From positions 32,001 to 96,000 of IMG/VR virus record IMGVR_UViG_3300009512_000010: DNA of 64,000 bases. One strand, given 5' to 3'. Numbering within the stretch: position 1 is the first letter of the stretch; each line of letters opens with the position of its first letter. Shown one piece after another: positions 44,710 to 54,134 of the stretch. Made by a program: the position numbers and the translations under genes. Source of the stretch: a virus. The notes beneath the pieces are model-generated. The model made no database searches and was not told the DNA's origin. It saw nothing but the letters and a program-made list of their open reading frames with translations.

Positions 44710-44904
44710 TTACCCACCACCTTGAAAACCAACCTTTACTCTATACCACACTTTCTGATGGAAGATCTTGGCCTTTAATTCCTCAATTTCACTTGTCTCA
44801 AAGCCCACTGCACCCATTCTATGGTGTTGCAGTAGAGCTAGAGCCTCATCAATTAGCGCAATATCATTCACGCTTAATTCAAATTTAGTATTGGGTTTAG
44901 CCAT
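44710..44904 (-). CDS. hypothetical protein
   Basis: 64 aa coupled ORF. Confidence 0.65.
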   Translation of the reverse strand: MAKPNTKFELSVNDIALIDEALALLQHHRMGAVGFETSEIEELKAKIFHQKVWYRVKVGFQGGG

Positions 44905-45241
44905 GCCCTACAGTTTCTCTTTTAATATCTTGATGATTGAATTCTGCCCAATACAATTCAAAGGCAACACCTTCTTCAAGACATTCAAACTGATGATACA
45001 CCCCAGGCTTTACCTTAGTGTACATCCCAGGATCTAGAATAGTCTCGTCAACAAGATCATAATCATTCTGCCAAACACGAATGAGCATACGCCCACTCTC
45101 GACATAGAAACCATTCCATTTGAATTCGTGGAGATGCTTAGAGCATACTCCACCTTTATTCATTTCAATACGATGAAACTCTAAAGCACCATTTGCTTCT
45201 ACAAGTTCCGTATTTCCCCATACTTTTCCAGCTACTGTCAT
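44897..45241 (-). CDS. cupin (sugar isomerase-like)
   Basis: KVWG, CSKHLH..K...FYV.SG, PGVYHQF. Confidence 0.8.
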   Translation of the reverse strand: MTVAGKVWGNTELVEANGALEFHRIEMNKGGVCSKHLHEFKWNGFYVESGRMLIRVWQNDYDLVDETILDPGMYTKVKPGVYHQFECLEEGVAFELYWAEFNHQDIKRETVGHG

Positions 45242-46201
45242 TTAATATCCATTCGGTACTAGGACGTAATGTATCATAAGGACAATTCCCAACGAAGCAC
45301 CAAGCCCAACCATCATCTTCAAGAAGTCTTTACCTATTAATGGAAACACTGTCTTGAGTTTTCCCTTACCTGTATATGTAGCCATTGCTAACTCACGTCC
45401 ACATAAGAGACCTACAAACACCCATGTTGTTGACATAGGAATATCATTCAACTCTTTAAAGAAGAATAGAATTGCCCAATAGACTGCATCGATAATAGTA
45501 GCAGAACGTACATAACGTGTGTTGTGCTTCTCAATAACAATCTGTTGGATCTTACCACCACCTTCACGTAGCATGAATGCCAAACCACCAACAAAGACTA
45601 CACTAATCATAATCATCAATGGAACGTCAAGTTGTCTTGGAAGGAACACTGCGATATTAGCTACATCATGAGACAACCAAGTAAACCATAGGAAACCTGT
45701 TGTAACCCATTGACCAACTCGCCAATACGCTTTGTGCTCTTCTTTGACTGGTTTAGCTTCATCCAGAAGCCGACTTACGATCATCCAGATTGCATAAGCG
45801 GCAACTGCAGCAACAGCATAACCCATCATAGATTTCATTAGCATTTTCTCTAACACGAATGTAGAAGCAAATGCCGATAGAACCAAGAATGATGTGGATA
45901 CTGGAACCCCCACTCTGGTCAATAGTAAAAGTACTGCTGGTGCCATTGCATGATACCACTGTACTTCTTGAAACGGAATCTTATTAAGTCTTCCATAACT
46001 AATATCACCACCATTCGTATACCAACCATACCAAAGAGTATAGAGTAGTACACCAGAAGCGGCTAACCACATAGTCTTCCAACTAAATCTTTCGTTATTA
46101 CTTGCAATCCATGTACCCAAAGTCTGTACCGAATCGTTTGCTATTACTGAGTAAGCGGCGAATATAAATCCTACCACCATCCATATCGTCAATGCATCCA
46201 T
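45242..46201 (-). CDS. polytopic membrane transporter, PiT/PHO4-like phosphate transporter
   Basis: About 10 TM helices; duplicated ANDSVQ/HDVAN and PVSTS/PMSTT motifs resembling PiT signatures. Confidence 0.65.
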   Translation of the reverse strand: MDALTIWMVVGFIFAAYSVIANDSVQTLGTWIASNNERFSWKTMWLAASGVLLYTLWYGWYTNGGDISYGRLNKIPFQEVQWYHAMAPAVLLLLTRVGVPVSTSFLVLSAFASTFVLEKMLMKSMMGYAVAAVAAYAIWMIVSRLLDEAKPVKEEHKAYWRVGQWVTTGFLWFTWLSHDVANIAVFLPRQLDVPLMIMISVVFVGGLAFMLREGGGKIQQIVIEKHNTRYVRSATIIDAVYWAILFFFKELNDIPMSTTWVFVGLLCGRELAMATYTGKGKLKTVFPLIGKDFLKMMVGLGASLGIVLMIHYVLVPNGY

Positions 46202-46202
46202 T

Positions 46203-46874
46203 TTATATCCTCTTTCTTCTCCACTTGTTAGCATCCTTTGGTGTATTTATTTCTATACCATTCCAGTCAACAGGATGACAACCAATTGTTGTGCCCATAT
46301 GCATCCATCTAAGTTGCTCCAAACCGTGTTCAATCTCCATGGCACAAGGTGTCGTACCATAGAATTGCAATGCTTCTCTACTATATCCGTATACACCTAA
46401 GTGGTGCTCATCTAATAGTAAAGTACGAGTAAACGATTTGGCTGTATTGGTTTTAACATCTCTGTCAACCTTAACACAATTAGGATCTCGACTTGGATTC
46501 TTAGCACACACTGTGGTCACGTCATATGTATTCAATCCTTTGAGGATCATATCGATCACATCCACAGTAACGTCTGGCATATCTCCTTGAACATTAATAA
46601 AGCGATTATACTTATGAAAGAACCCATTGTCAATAGCCCCTGCACATCTTTCTGTGCCATTATTATAAGGGGTTTCATCTATCCAACAATACCTAGATCC
46701 AAACAGTTCAAAGATCCGCATATCATCTGTGAGCACAAACGTGTCTAGTCCAGACTTTGTGCACTCATCAAACACACGTTTGATCATAGGCTTTCCATCA
46801 AGATCTACTAATGGCTTACCTTCGTATCTAGTAGATCCCCATCTAGCGGGAATAAGAATAGCGGTAGATATCAT
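46203..46874 (-). CDS. kdsB: CMP-Kdo synthetase
   Basis: IPARWGSTRYEGKPL, GTER, INVQGD.P, HLGVYGY, LEQLR, INTP.D. Confidence 0.9.
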   Translation of the reverse strand: MISTAILIPARWGSTRYEGKPLVDLDGKPMIKRVFDECTKSGLDTFVLTDDMRIFELFGSRYCWIDETPYNNGTERCAGAIDNGFFHKYNRFINVQGDMPDVTVDVIDMILKGLNTYDVTTVCAKNPSRDPNCVKVDRDVKTNTAKSFTRTLLLDEHHLGVYGYSREALQFYGTTPCAMEIEHGLEQLRWMHMGTTIGCHPVDWNGIEINTPKDANKWRRKRI

Positions 46875-47610
46875 AGACTATATCCTTAAAGTTTTTTAGA
46901 TACACCATATTAGCACCATCACTTGGTGCGCTTGGCGGATCCTTATGTACCTCTAAAAAGAAGTTGTTAACGCCCAAAGCAGAGGCAGAACGAGTAAGAC
47001 CTGCAACGTAATCACGATTACCACCAGACGATTTACCGAGTGCACTAGGCTTTTGTACTGAGTGCGTTGCATCAAATACCAACGGTACATCGTAGTTATC
47101 AAGCATGTACTGAATACCATTAAAATCGACCACAAGATTGTTATAACCAAAACAAACACCTCTCTCTGTAATCCATACTTCTTTAGCTCCTTCTGTTTTG
47201 GATAGCACACCAGATATATCCCAAGGTGCCATAAATTGACTTTTCTTGATATTCACGATACAGTCTGTTTCACATGCGACCTTAATAAGATCTGTTTGTC
47301 TTGCTAGGAATGCTGGAATTTGCAATACATCAACAGTACCCTTTACTCTATTAATCTCCCCTGTTGTGTGAACATCAGTAAGGATCTGAAGATTAGGAAG
47401 TTCTTTCCGCATCTCCCTAAAGGCTTTAAGTGTCTTATCTATACCAAGACCACGAACTCCACTCTCATGACTTCGGTTAGCCTTATCATAACTCGCTTTG
47501 AATATGTAATCGAACCCAAAGCTTCGACACACACTTTCACACTCAGCCGCAATTTCCATGGACTGTTCAAAGCTTTCGTGTTGACAAGGACCTGCAATGA
47601 TCCGTGTCAT
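46843..47610 (-). CDS. kdsA: Kdo-8-phosphate synthase
   Basis: IAGPC, FKASYDKANRS, QIPAFLARQT, TERG..FGYNNLVVD, DATHSVQ.P, SDG. Confidence 0.93.
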   Translation of the reverse strand: MTRIIAGPCQHESFEQSMEIAAECESVCRSFGFDYIFKASYDKANRSHESGVRGLGIDKTLKAFREMRKELPNLQILTDVHTTGEINRVKGTVDVLQIPAFLARQTDLIKVACETDCIVNIKKSQFMAPWDISGVLSKTEGAKEVWITERGVCFGYNNLVVDFNGIQYMLDNYDVPLVFDATHSVQKPSALGKSSGGNRDYVAGLTRSASALGVNNFFLEVHKDPPSAPSDGANMVYLKNFKDIVYDIYRYSYSR

Positions 47611-47735
47611 TTACCCTTCTTTCTCATACGACGAAGTTTGGCATAAAGACTTTTAGTCTTACCCTCAATAATCCCCTTAATCACGGAACGGCGTACACGA
47701 GCGGTACGATCCTTTGCAATACGTTGTGCCTTCAT
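47607..47735 (-). CDS. small basic protein (42 aa)
   Basis: Manual translation MKAQRIAKDRTAR...; coupled to both neighbours. Confidence 0.5.
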   Translation of the reverse strand: MKAQRIAKDRTARVRRSVIKGIIEGKTKSLYAKLRRMRKKGK

Positions 47736-48667
47736 TATATAACTCCATTTTTGTATATATATTCCAATGCCCGATCTGCTTCAACTTGCAGTGGACGGTT
47801 GTTATACCAGTTTCCATTCTCTGCATCAAACTGAGAACACATCTCTGCAATCTGATCAGACGTTATAGGATAACCACGATAGCTTGCATTCCCTGCCGTC
47901 TTAACCATTATAGCATACATCTTAGAATACCAACCAGTCTCACTGATCGAAGCGTATTCGATTGCTAGGTTCTTAGGCCAGAATGGGCAGTCACGATAAC
48001 CTGTCCAAGTATACTGAGTATTGTTTAGTTTTGATTTGCGGTGCTCTAGCACGGCGACTTGCATCTCTGGTGAGAGACGGTCTATAAAGTTCTTACTATC
48101 ACGACTTTTGTCATATGGGTGTGATGCTAGAAGAGCATCGACATCAATAGGCCGACCAGTATTAACATAAAAGAAGCTGTTAGCGTTAGGGTAGTCAGCT
48201 GGTATGTAATACATACGAGACATGTCCTTAGTCTGTGCATCTCCAATTGAACCAAGCCACTTGTTGAGGGCATACCAGAAGTGATGAATTCTAGATTGCT
48301 CAACCTCTGTTTCAAGATCGAATACAATGCGAAACTTAGGATGTACGTCCGTGCTACTAGCAGTGCTATAAACAACGTAATTATAATCACCGTACTTAGA
48401 AGCAAGCTCATGTTCTAGGTTCCCTTCGAAGACATGATCATCAACATCAACAGCACCCCAACATCCCCAAGACAGGACATTTTTGTTCGCTCTAGTTGTA
48501 CCAGATGTATAAACAGCTGGTGATATAAGTTCTGCATGCTTTTTCCCTTCGGATGGTGTCGTTGACAGCTTCCGCAATAGTTCAACAAACTCAGGCCAAG
48601 TTTGGAAGTCAATCCGCTTGTCTGTTTTGTTATCATACTGATTCTTGAATACTGTCAACGAGTACAT
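47735..48667 (-). CDS. primase/VirE-N-like (prim-pol family) protein
   Basis: ISPAVY, DVD, YSTASS, KFRIVF, D.QTKD.SRMYY.P. Confidence 0.7.
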   Translation of the reverse strand: MYSLTVFKNQYDNKTDKRIDFQTWPEFVELLRKLSTTPSEGKKHAELISPAVYTSGTTRANKNVLSWGCWGAVDVDDHVFEGNLEHELASKYGDYNYVVYSTASSTDVHPKFRIVFDLETEVEQSRIHHFWYALNKWLGSIGDAQTKDMSRMYYIPADYPNANSFFYVNTGRPIDVDALLASHPYDKSRDSKNFIDRLSPEMQVAVLEHRKSKLNNTQYTWTGYRDCPFWPKNLAIEYASISETGWYSKMYAIMVKTAGNASYRGYPITSDQIAEMCSQFDAENGNWYNNRPLQVEADRALEYIYKNGVI

Positions 48668-48702
48668 ATTATATCCTTATCTATACGTTAGTATAACACA
48701 TC

Positions 48703-49068
48703 CTATTCTGTTTGTAAAGACTTTTCATAAGACATCTCATGGGGCAGTGGTTGCATATCACCCTCTTTAACAAAGACACCATCAATCATCTTGCCTTTAC
48801 GATCTTTGATATCATCATAAGCAACCTGTAGACACTCTTCCATAGTCAACTCATTACGTGTCATGATGTTGATAAGAACAACCATCATATCACCAATGTC
48901 ATCACGAATGTCTTGACCCTTGCAGATGTTATCAGACAACTCCCCTGCTTCTTGGATCAATTTCATATATTGATCTTTATCGGTACTACCCTCAATCAAG
49001 TTGCGATCATGGTGCCATTGCGCAATCTTATCGACTAGATTGTTTGTAGATGATTTCCAAATAGACAT
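48703..49068 (-). CDS. mazG: MazG-like NTP pyrophosphohydrolase
   Basis: KL.QE.GEL...DDIGD..VVL...AY.DIKDRKG. Confidence 0.85.
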   Translation of the reverse strand: MSIWKSSTNNLVDKIAQWHHDRNLIEGSTDKDQYMKLIQEAGELSDNICKGQDIRDDIGDMMVVLINIMTRNELTMEECLQVAYDDIKDRKGKMIDGVFVKEGDMQPLPHEMSYEKSLQTE

Positions 49069-49763
49069 TAAACAATTCCTTTTAATACTTCGTAGGTATT
49101 TTCCCACGACTTTACTGCATGTACCACACTCTGTGGCCTACTACTTACCGCTACCGCAATATCATGGTCATTACCACCTAGCGCAGTCTTGTCTCCAAAG
49201 AAGACTATCTCTCCTTCAAAATCTGGTAGGATCTGAGCCTTACCACATCCTACAGGGGTGATATCCAATCCAGTGTCACCAGCTACTGTAGCTTGAATGT
49301 GACCCTTGAATCTATAGTTGAACTCGTCAGCAATTGCTTTACGTTCATTAGTCATCTCATCATACCAAACATAGTCTTGGCGTTGATAAGGTCCTGCACC
49401 ACGACCAACCACACTGAAGTTACACAACCCAGGACGGTGATCAAAATGCTTACCTGTCCTAACACTATACAACGATCCATGCAATCTGTCAAGCAAGAAC
49501 AGGTTGGCTTCGTTAGTCAGTTTCCAATCATTTGTTTTGATACCAACTCCCTTATTATAGACATCATTACCAGAACACTGATAGACTTTTAGTTTCTCCC
49601 ATAGGTCAAAGCCAATCTGATCTATGGTCATTTCCTTTGGAGATCCTGTGACCAATGTTGTATTATGGGTAGCAATCCAATTAGTAAAGAATTCTAGGAA
49701 CTCCTTATCCATCTTAGATCTACTAGGTGTAAGCGTTCCGTCTACGTCAAATATGTAATTCAT
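49068..49763 (-). CDS. HAD-family phosphomannomutase (eukaryote-type PMM-like)
   Basis: FDVDGTLT, VTGS, NFSVVGR, FFGDKT..GGND. Confidence 0.85.
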   Translation of the reverse strand: MNYIFDVDGTLTPSRSKMDKEFLEFFTNWIATHNTTLVTGSPKEMTIDQIGFDLWEKLKVYQCSGNDVYNKGVGIKTNDWKLTNEANLFLLDRLHGSLYSVRTGKHFDHRPGLCNFSVVGRGAGPYQRQDYVWYDEMTNERKAIADEFNYRFKGHIQATVAGDTGLDITPVGCGKAQILPDFEGEIVFFGDKTALGGNDHDIAVAVSSRPQSVVHAVKSWENTYEVLKGIV

Positions 49764-52273
49764 ACAAAAAAGTCCTCTAATGTCATTGTGTCTTCGTGTC
49801 TCCAACCAATCGCAGATAAGATAGGCTCTAGGGGATCTAGGAACGTCTTCTCAAACTGCTTTTCATAATCGATGTACTTATGTAGAGCCATCTCTTGAGG
49901 TAGATATTGTGGAAACGCCAAAACGTTCTCTTTGAGTGGGTTGGGTAGACGCATGTATGCAAACTTGATCTTCTCGCCATTCTGGATTAACCCATAACGC
50001 TTGTTCAGCGAAAGACGTTTGATCTCGTTGTTATAAACCAACGCACCACGAACATGAATAGGACAACCTTTTGCATAAGGCTTATTCTTGTTCTGAGTGC
50101 TTGGAACTGCTACCCACTTATCGACATCGCTCACCCCACGAGGGAATGATACCGCTTCGGGTCCTAGAGTGTTAAACTCTTTACGGAATTCCGAAATGTA
50201 CTGTTGAGTTGTTTGCTCAGTACCGTTGATGATTACATGAAAGATCTCTTTAAGTTTGGTTCGAACTACCATAGGCGTAGAAGATTTGATAGCTTCAATA
50301 CCCATGATCTTAAGCTTAGGTTCTGTGTACTGCACACCTTCGTTGTTATGAACATTCAAGATGTACCGCTTCTTGGCAGTCCAAATACCACGGTCTGCAA
50401 TCGCTTCACGCTCCATGTCCATACGGTTTGTAAGGGCATTCATGTGAGTAAACAACTCGGCGTATGAAATCTCTAGCTTCTTAACAAAATGCTCTTCACA
50501 GATCTTATCCAATCCTTTGACAGGATCTTTGAGATCTAGCCTATTGACGAGATCAGCAAACGAGACATACAAAGAGTCAGTATCAATCGCAATCACATAG
50601 TCTTTATCTTTTGTTTTGAGAATAGAATTCATCTCTTTGTTTACGGCTTTCTCTGCCCATAGAATGGACAACTGACCAGACAACGTAATGCCTTCTGCCA
50701 AACGCAAATCGTAGTAACGGAAGTAGCGGTTGCCTAACGCACCATACAAAGAGTTCAATAGGATCTTAATAGCCATCTGTTGGTTCTCAAGGTTATTGAT
50801 CAACTTCTCATCTTCGATAGAGCCTGTCTTCTCGAAACGCTTCTTGGCTTCGATCATCTTACCCTTAACGGCTTTACGTTCCGCATAGTAATCTACAATG
50901 ATCTTTGGTAGGATGCCTTGCTTGTCTTTACGATATTGCGAACCGTTAGCCGCAACTGAATACTCGCTATTAGCTGGGGATCCATTCAAGTAACGTTCCA
51001 CACCACCTTCTACCATACCAGGCATTAGTGTCTCAGGTGACATGTTGTATTGGACAATCAGGTTAGGATAGAGTGACGCAAGGTCAAATGATACAACCCA
51101 ATCATGAGCACCAACCATAGGATCTTTAACATACCCACCCGGATATGACATCTTAGGGTGATCTTGAACAGGCGGAACAATGATATTGTCTTGAGCCAAC
51201 TTACGATAAATGATGCTATCCCAAATGGCTGTAGTGCCGAATGTGTCAGATACGTTCACACCACCACGATATGTCATAGTCAGAACTAGAGCAATCAAGC
51301 CCATCTTCTCATCAATACGCTCCACAACTTGAACATCACGGATGTTATAGTCGATGAACTTTTGATAGTCATTCTTGTACAACTCGTGCAATGATCCATG
51401 CTCTTCATAGGACAACTTGCGCTCACCTAAAACTGTGTGTGCAATATGGTCTAGGGCATAGGACTCTTGTGTGCCGTATGAGTAACCAAACTTCTTGAAC
51501 AACTCCATGTAGTCGGCTTGTTGGATACCAACCAAATCATAGTATTGGTGCTCACGCCCCATGATGGTCTTGTTACGGTCATTAACCATATTCCAAGGAG
51601 ACATCCGCTTAACTGCCGTAGGAGATCCGATACGAGCCAAACGATTAATCAAGTAAGGCACGTCAAAGAACTTGATGTTCCAACCTGTAATAATGTCAGG
51701 TGGGTTCTTCTCCCAATAGGTTAAGAACTTAGTAAGTAGTTCCTCTTCACTAGCACACTTGGTGTATTGTATGAGGTCACTGCCCATGTTCAATTCTGTC
51801 TTCTCATAGTCATAGTCACCAAGACCCCACACATGGTAGACTTGAGACTTACTTGATTTCAAAGCAATTGAGATAACAGGGAATAGCGCATCTTCTGGTT
51901 TAGGGAATCCTTCATCAGAAGCAACCTCAATATCAAAGTTTACTACGTTTACATGCTCTTTCTTGAACTTGATATCATTAGGGAAACGTTCAGTAACGAA
52001 CTGTGCAATGAAGTTGGTGTTACCATAGATCTTGAAAGACTCAAGATCCTTGTACTTGTCACGAAAGTCCATAGCCTCTTTCATAGATCCAAAGTTCATA
52101 GGAGCTAGAGGCCAACCATCTAAACCACGACAAGGTGGGTTATCACGATCTTGAGATGTAATGTATAGGGTTGGTTGGAACTTGATCCGCTTGGTAATCG
52201 CAGATCCATTATCGTTATAGCCACGATATAAGAGCGTGTTGCCGTATTTGTTGATAGACGTATAGAACGACAT
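49760..52273 (-). CDS. 43: family B DNA polymerase gp43
   Basis: FDIEV, GWN..FFD, FDLASLYP, KILLNSLYG, IDTDS, KKRY. Confidence 0.97.
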   Translation of the reverse strand: MSFYTSINKYGNTLLYRGYNDNGSAITKRIKFQPTLYITSQDRDNPPCRGLDGWPLAPMNFGSMKEAMDFRDKYKDLESFKIYGNTNFIAQFVTERFPNDIKFKKEHVNVVNFDIEVASDEGFPKPEDALFPVISIALKSSKSQVYHVWGLGDYDYEKTELNMGSDLIQYTKCASEEELLTKFLTYWEKNPPDIITGWNIKFFDVPYLINRLARIGSPTAVKRMSPWNMVNDRNKTIMGREHQYYDLVGIQQADYMELFKKFGYSYGTQESYALDHIAHTVLGERKLSYEEHGSLHELYKNDYQKFIDYNIRDVQVVERIDEKMGLIALVLTMTYRGGVNVSDTFGTTAIWDSIIYRKLAQDNIIVPPVQDHPKMSYPGGYVKDPMVGAHDWVVSFDLASLYPNLIVQYNMSPETLMPGMVEGGVERYLNGSPANSEYSVAANGSQYRKDKQGILPKIIVDYYAERKAVKGKMIEAKKRFEKTGSIEDEKLINNLENQQMAIKILLNSLYGALGNRYFRYYDLRLAEGITLSGQLSILWAEKAVNKEMNSILKTKDKDYVIAIDTDSLYVSFADLVNRLDLKDPVKGLDKICEEHFVKKLEISYAELFTHMNALTNRMDMEREAIADRGIWTAKKRYILNVHNNEGVQYTEPKLKIMGIEAIKSSTPMVVRTKLKEIFHVIINGTEQTTQQYISEFRKEFNTLGPEAVSFPRGVSDVDKWVAVPSTQNKNKPYAKGCPIHVRGALVYNNEIKRLSLNKRYGLIQNGEKIKFAYMRLPNPLKENVLAFPQYLPQEMALHKYIDYEKQFEKTFLDPLEPILSAIGWRHEDTMTLEDFFV

Positions 52274-52299
52274 ATTTACTCCTTCAAGTTTGTTAGCTC

Positions 52300-52328
52300 A
52301 TTATAATACAAATGTGGGATAATGTCAA
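52300..52328 (-). promoter_or_regulatory. consensus sigma70 promoter of gene 43
   Basis: TTGACA-17-TATAAT. Confidence 0.8.
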
Positions 52329-52340
52329 ACCCCAAATGGT

Positions 52341-52367
52341 AAAAGGGGGCAATTAATGCCCCCCTTT
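52341..52367. terminator. bidirectional intrinsic terminator
   Basis: AAAAGGGGGCA-ATTAA-TGCCCCCTTTT perfect inverted repeat. Confidence 0.85.
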
Positions 52368-52371
52368 ATAT

Positions 52372-52542
52372 TTAAAGATCTTTGGTATCTGTCATCATTA
52401 GATACTTAGCTTCTTCATGGTAGCCCATTCTAGCCAATTCGGATGCGGCACGAGCCTTACCTACGGATAGAAAGAAGCTGTTAAATCCGCTAAACAACCC
52501 ACTAAGTGGTGCGTTAACGTAGTTCAAGATTGCAGTAGCCAT
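52372..52542 (-). CDS. small hypothetical protein (56 aa)
   Basis: Manual translation MATAILNYV...ARAASELARMGYHEEAK; coupled to the DUF1127 gene. Confidence 0.65.
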   Translation of the reverse strand: MATAILNYVNAPLSGLFSGFNSFFLSVGKARAASELARMGYHEEAKYLMMTDTKDL

Positions 52543-52823
52543 TACACTGAACCTTTCAAGTTAGGATTTACTTCTTTGATGAATTCATCGCTAAAGTTAA
52601 TTCGTTCACTTAAATGTCCTACACTGCCATTGGCAATGCTGTAAATGTCACCTCTACATAGACCGATATCATTTAGGTCTTTTGTAGATAGTTTGTTCAA
52701 CTCTTTAATAGTTTCACGAACTAATGATGCATGTCTGTGGTGTGCATAAAGCGATCTGAACGCTTCAAAGATTGTTTCGATTGCCCGAACCGAAAAGCTA
52801 TGGGCTGTTAGTATGTGTTGCAT
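52542..52823 (-). CDS. DUF1127 family protein
   Basis: RETIKELNKLSTKDLNDIGLCRGDI matches the ELxxLsDxxLxDIGLxRxDI motif. Confidence 0.85.
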   Translation of the reverse strand: MQHILTAHSFSVRAIETIFEAFRSLYAHHRHASLVRETIKELNKLSTKDLNDIGLCRGDIYSIANGSVGHLSERINFSDEFIKEVNPNLKGSV

Positions 52824-53259
52824 TGTTAGGTTTATCCTCTGAACCAATATTGATTTTTCGAGGACGCTGATCTTCTGGGACGAGAAAGTTCAATTTAATT
52901 GCTAGAATACCGTCTTGAATATCTGCTCCGTGCACTTGCACGTGTTCTGATAGCCTAAAGGTGCGTTTGAACTTCTTCGTGGAAATACCACGATGAACGT
53001 ATTCACGACCCTTACTTTTGTGTTCTCCAGTAACAGTTAATGTCCGTTCATGCAACTCAATGTCGATACCCTCTTTACTGAAACCTGCGACTGCTAACTC
53101 AATTAGATAGTCACTCTCAGATGTCTTGAGGATATTGTGAGGTGGATAATGATCATGGGCATGTTTAGTAACATGATCCAATTCTTTAAAAAGGTGATCA
53201 AAGCCCACGAATGCGGCGGATGGAAATAGCCCTGTGGCTGTAGTGTGTTTGCTTATCAT
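52798..53259 (-). CDS. hsp20: small heat shock protein Hsp20 (IbpA-like)
   Basis: VGFDHLF, YPPHNI, IELAVAGF, HRGIS...F.R.F.L, DGIL.I.L. Confidence 0.93.
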   Translation of the reverse strand: MISKHTTATGLFPSAAFVGFDHLFKELDHVTKHAHDHYPPHNILKTSESDYLIELAVAGFSKEGIDIELHERTLTVTGEHKSKGREYVHRGISTKKFKRTFRLSEHVQVHGADIQDGILAIKLNFLVPEDQRPRKINIGSEDKPNNATHTNSP

Positions 53260-53318
53260 AATGGTTTCTCCTGTAAAGCAAGAATAGGTTAATAGCCAGA
53301 GTAATTCTGCACTACGCC
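53257..53318 (-). promoter_or_regulatory. ROSE-like RNA thermometer in hsp20 5' UTR
   Basis: UUCUU-G-CU-uuac-AG-GAGAA hairpin (U(U/C)GCU motif, bulged G opposite the SD) plus an upstream hairpin. Confidence 0.7.
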
Positions 53319-53341
53319 CTTATTTAGTCATTTAATGTCTT

Positions 53342-53758
53342 CTACTTGTTACCTATGTTGTACTTGGGACATAGTTCCCACTTCACCTTCTCTTTGAAGG
53401 GAATGATTTTAATCTGTCTTAATGGGGCTAGAGGCTCTATATTCTGACCAGACACGATTGATACTAATCCCCAATCGGACATCAGTGTTGTAATGGTATT
53501 TCGTCTAGCGAGATCGTTCTCTTCCAAGTTTGATTTCTTACCATCCAGTAAGAAGAGTTCTTTGAAGTGTACGATAAAGTATCTACCCTGTTTGTGTAGG
53601 ATATGACAGGACTGAAACAGCTTGTTATCTTTCCTACTTGCCACACCGATACGAGTCAATGTCTCCCTAATCTTAAGGAAATCATCTGGTTCATTTAGAG
53701 TAATCTCAAGCATATGCTTGGGAGTCCACTCCACAATCTTAGTTTCTTCTTTTTCCAC
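53342..53758 (-). CDS. regA: translational repressor RegA
   Basis: DDFLKIRETLTRIGVASR, QSCHILHKQGRYFIVHFKELF, W.L.PKY.IG. Confidence 0.95.
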   Translation of the reverse strand: MEKEETKIVEWTPKHMLEITLNEPDDFLKIRETLTRIGVASRKDNKLFQSCHILHKQGRYFIVHFKELFLLDGKKSNLEENDLARRNTITTLMSDWGLVSIVSGQNIEPLAPLRQIKIIPFKEKVKWELCPKYNIGNK

Positions 53759-54134
53759 CCTTATTCACCTTATTCTTAATTATCGTTAATTGCTCAGGTG
53801 ACAATAGAGCCAAAGTTTGTAGGGCGATTCTGTTACTATACCCATAATATTCCTTGACAGCTTCAATATCACTTTCAGTAGACGCCTTAGTCCACTTAGA
53901 AAAGCGTTTTCTTTTCCTTACTATATTTATAAGAAATTGGAACTGTAGTTTGCTGTCGAGGTGGTGGTTAATGTTCATTTCATTAGCCACCGCTACTGTG
54001 TCTGGAAAGTAACTTAATGATCTGTTGATCATAAAAGCGGAATATGACTTCTCGGTCATATCATCTATCATGATGTCCTTCTTACTTGAGTTGATTGCGT
54101 TGAGCCAATCGAATGGACTTAATCCTTTACTCAT
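53739..54134 (-). CDS. 62: clamp loader small subunit gp62
   Basis: FMINRSLSYF.D, NEMN, RKRKRFSKW, VKEYYGYS. Confidence 0.93.
   Translation of the reverse strand: MSKGLSPFDWLNAINSSKKDIMIDDMTEKSYSAFMINRSLSYFPDTVAVANEMNINHHLDSKLQFQFLINIVRKRKRFSKWTKASTESDIEAVKEYYGYSNRIALQTLALLSPEQLTIIKNKVNKGGKRRN

Noticed and set aside
17021-52273. Inteins or group I introns in nrdA, nrdB, thyX, gene 41, uvsX or gene 43
   Set aside because: All ORFs are continuous and of normal length, with no intein or intron signatures
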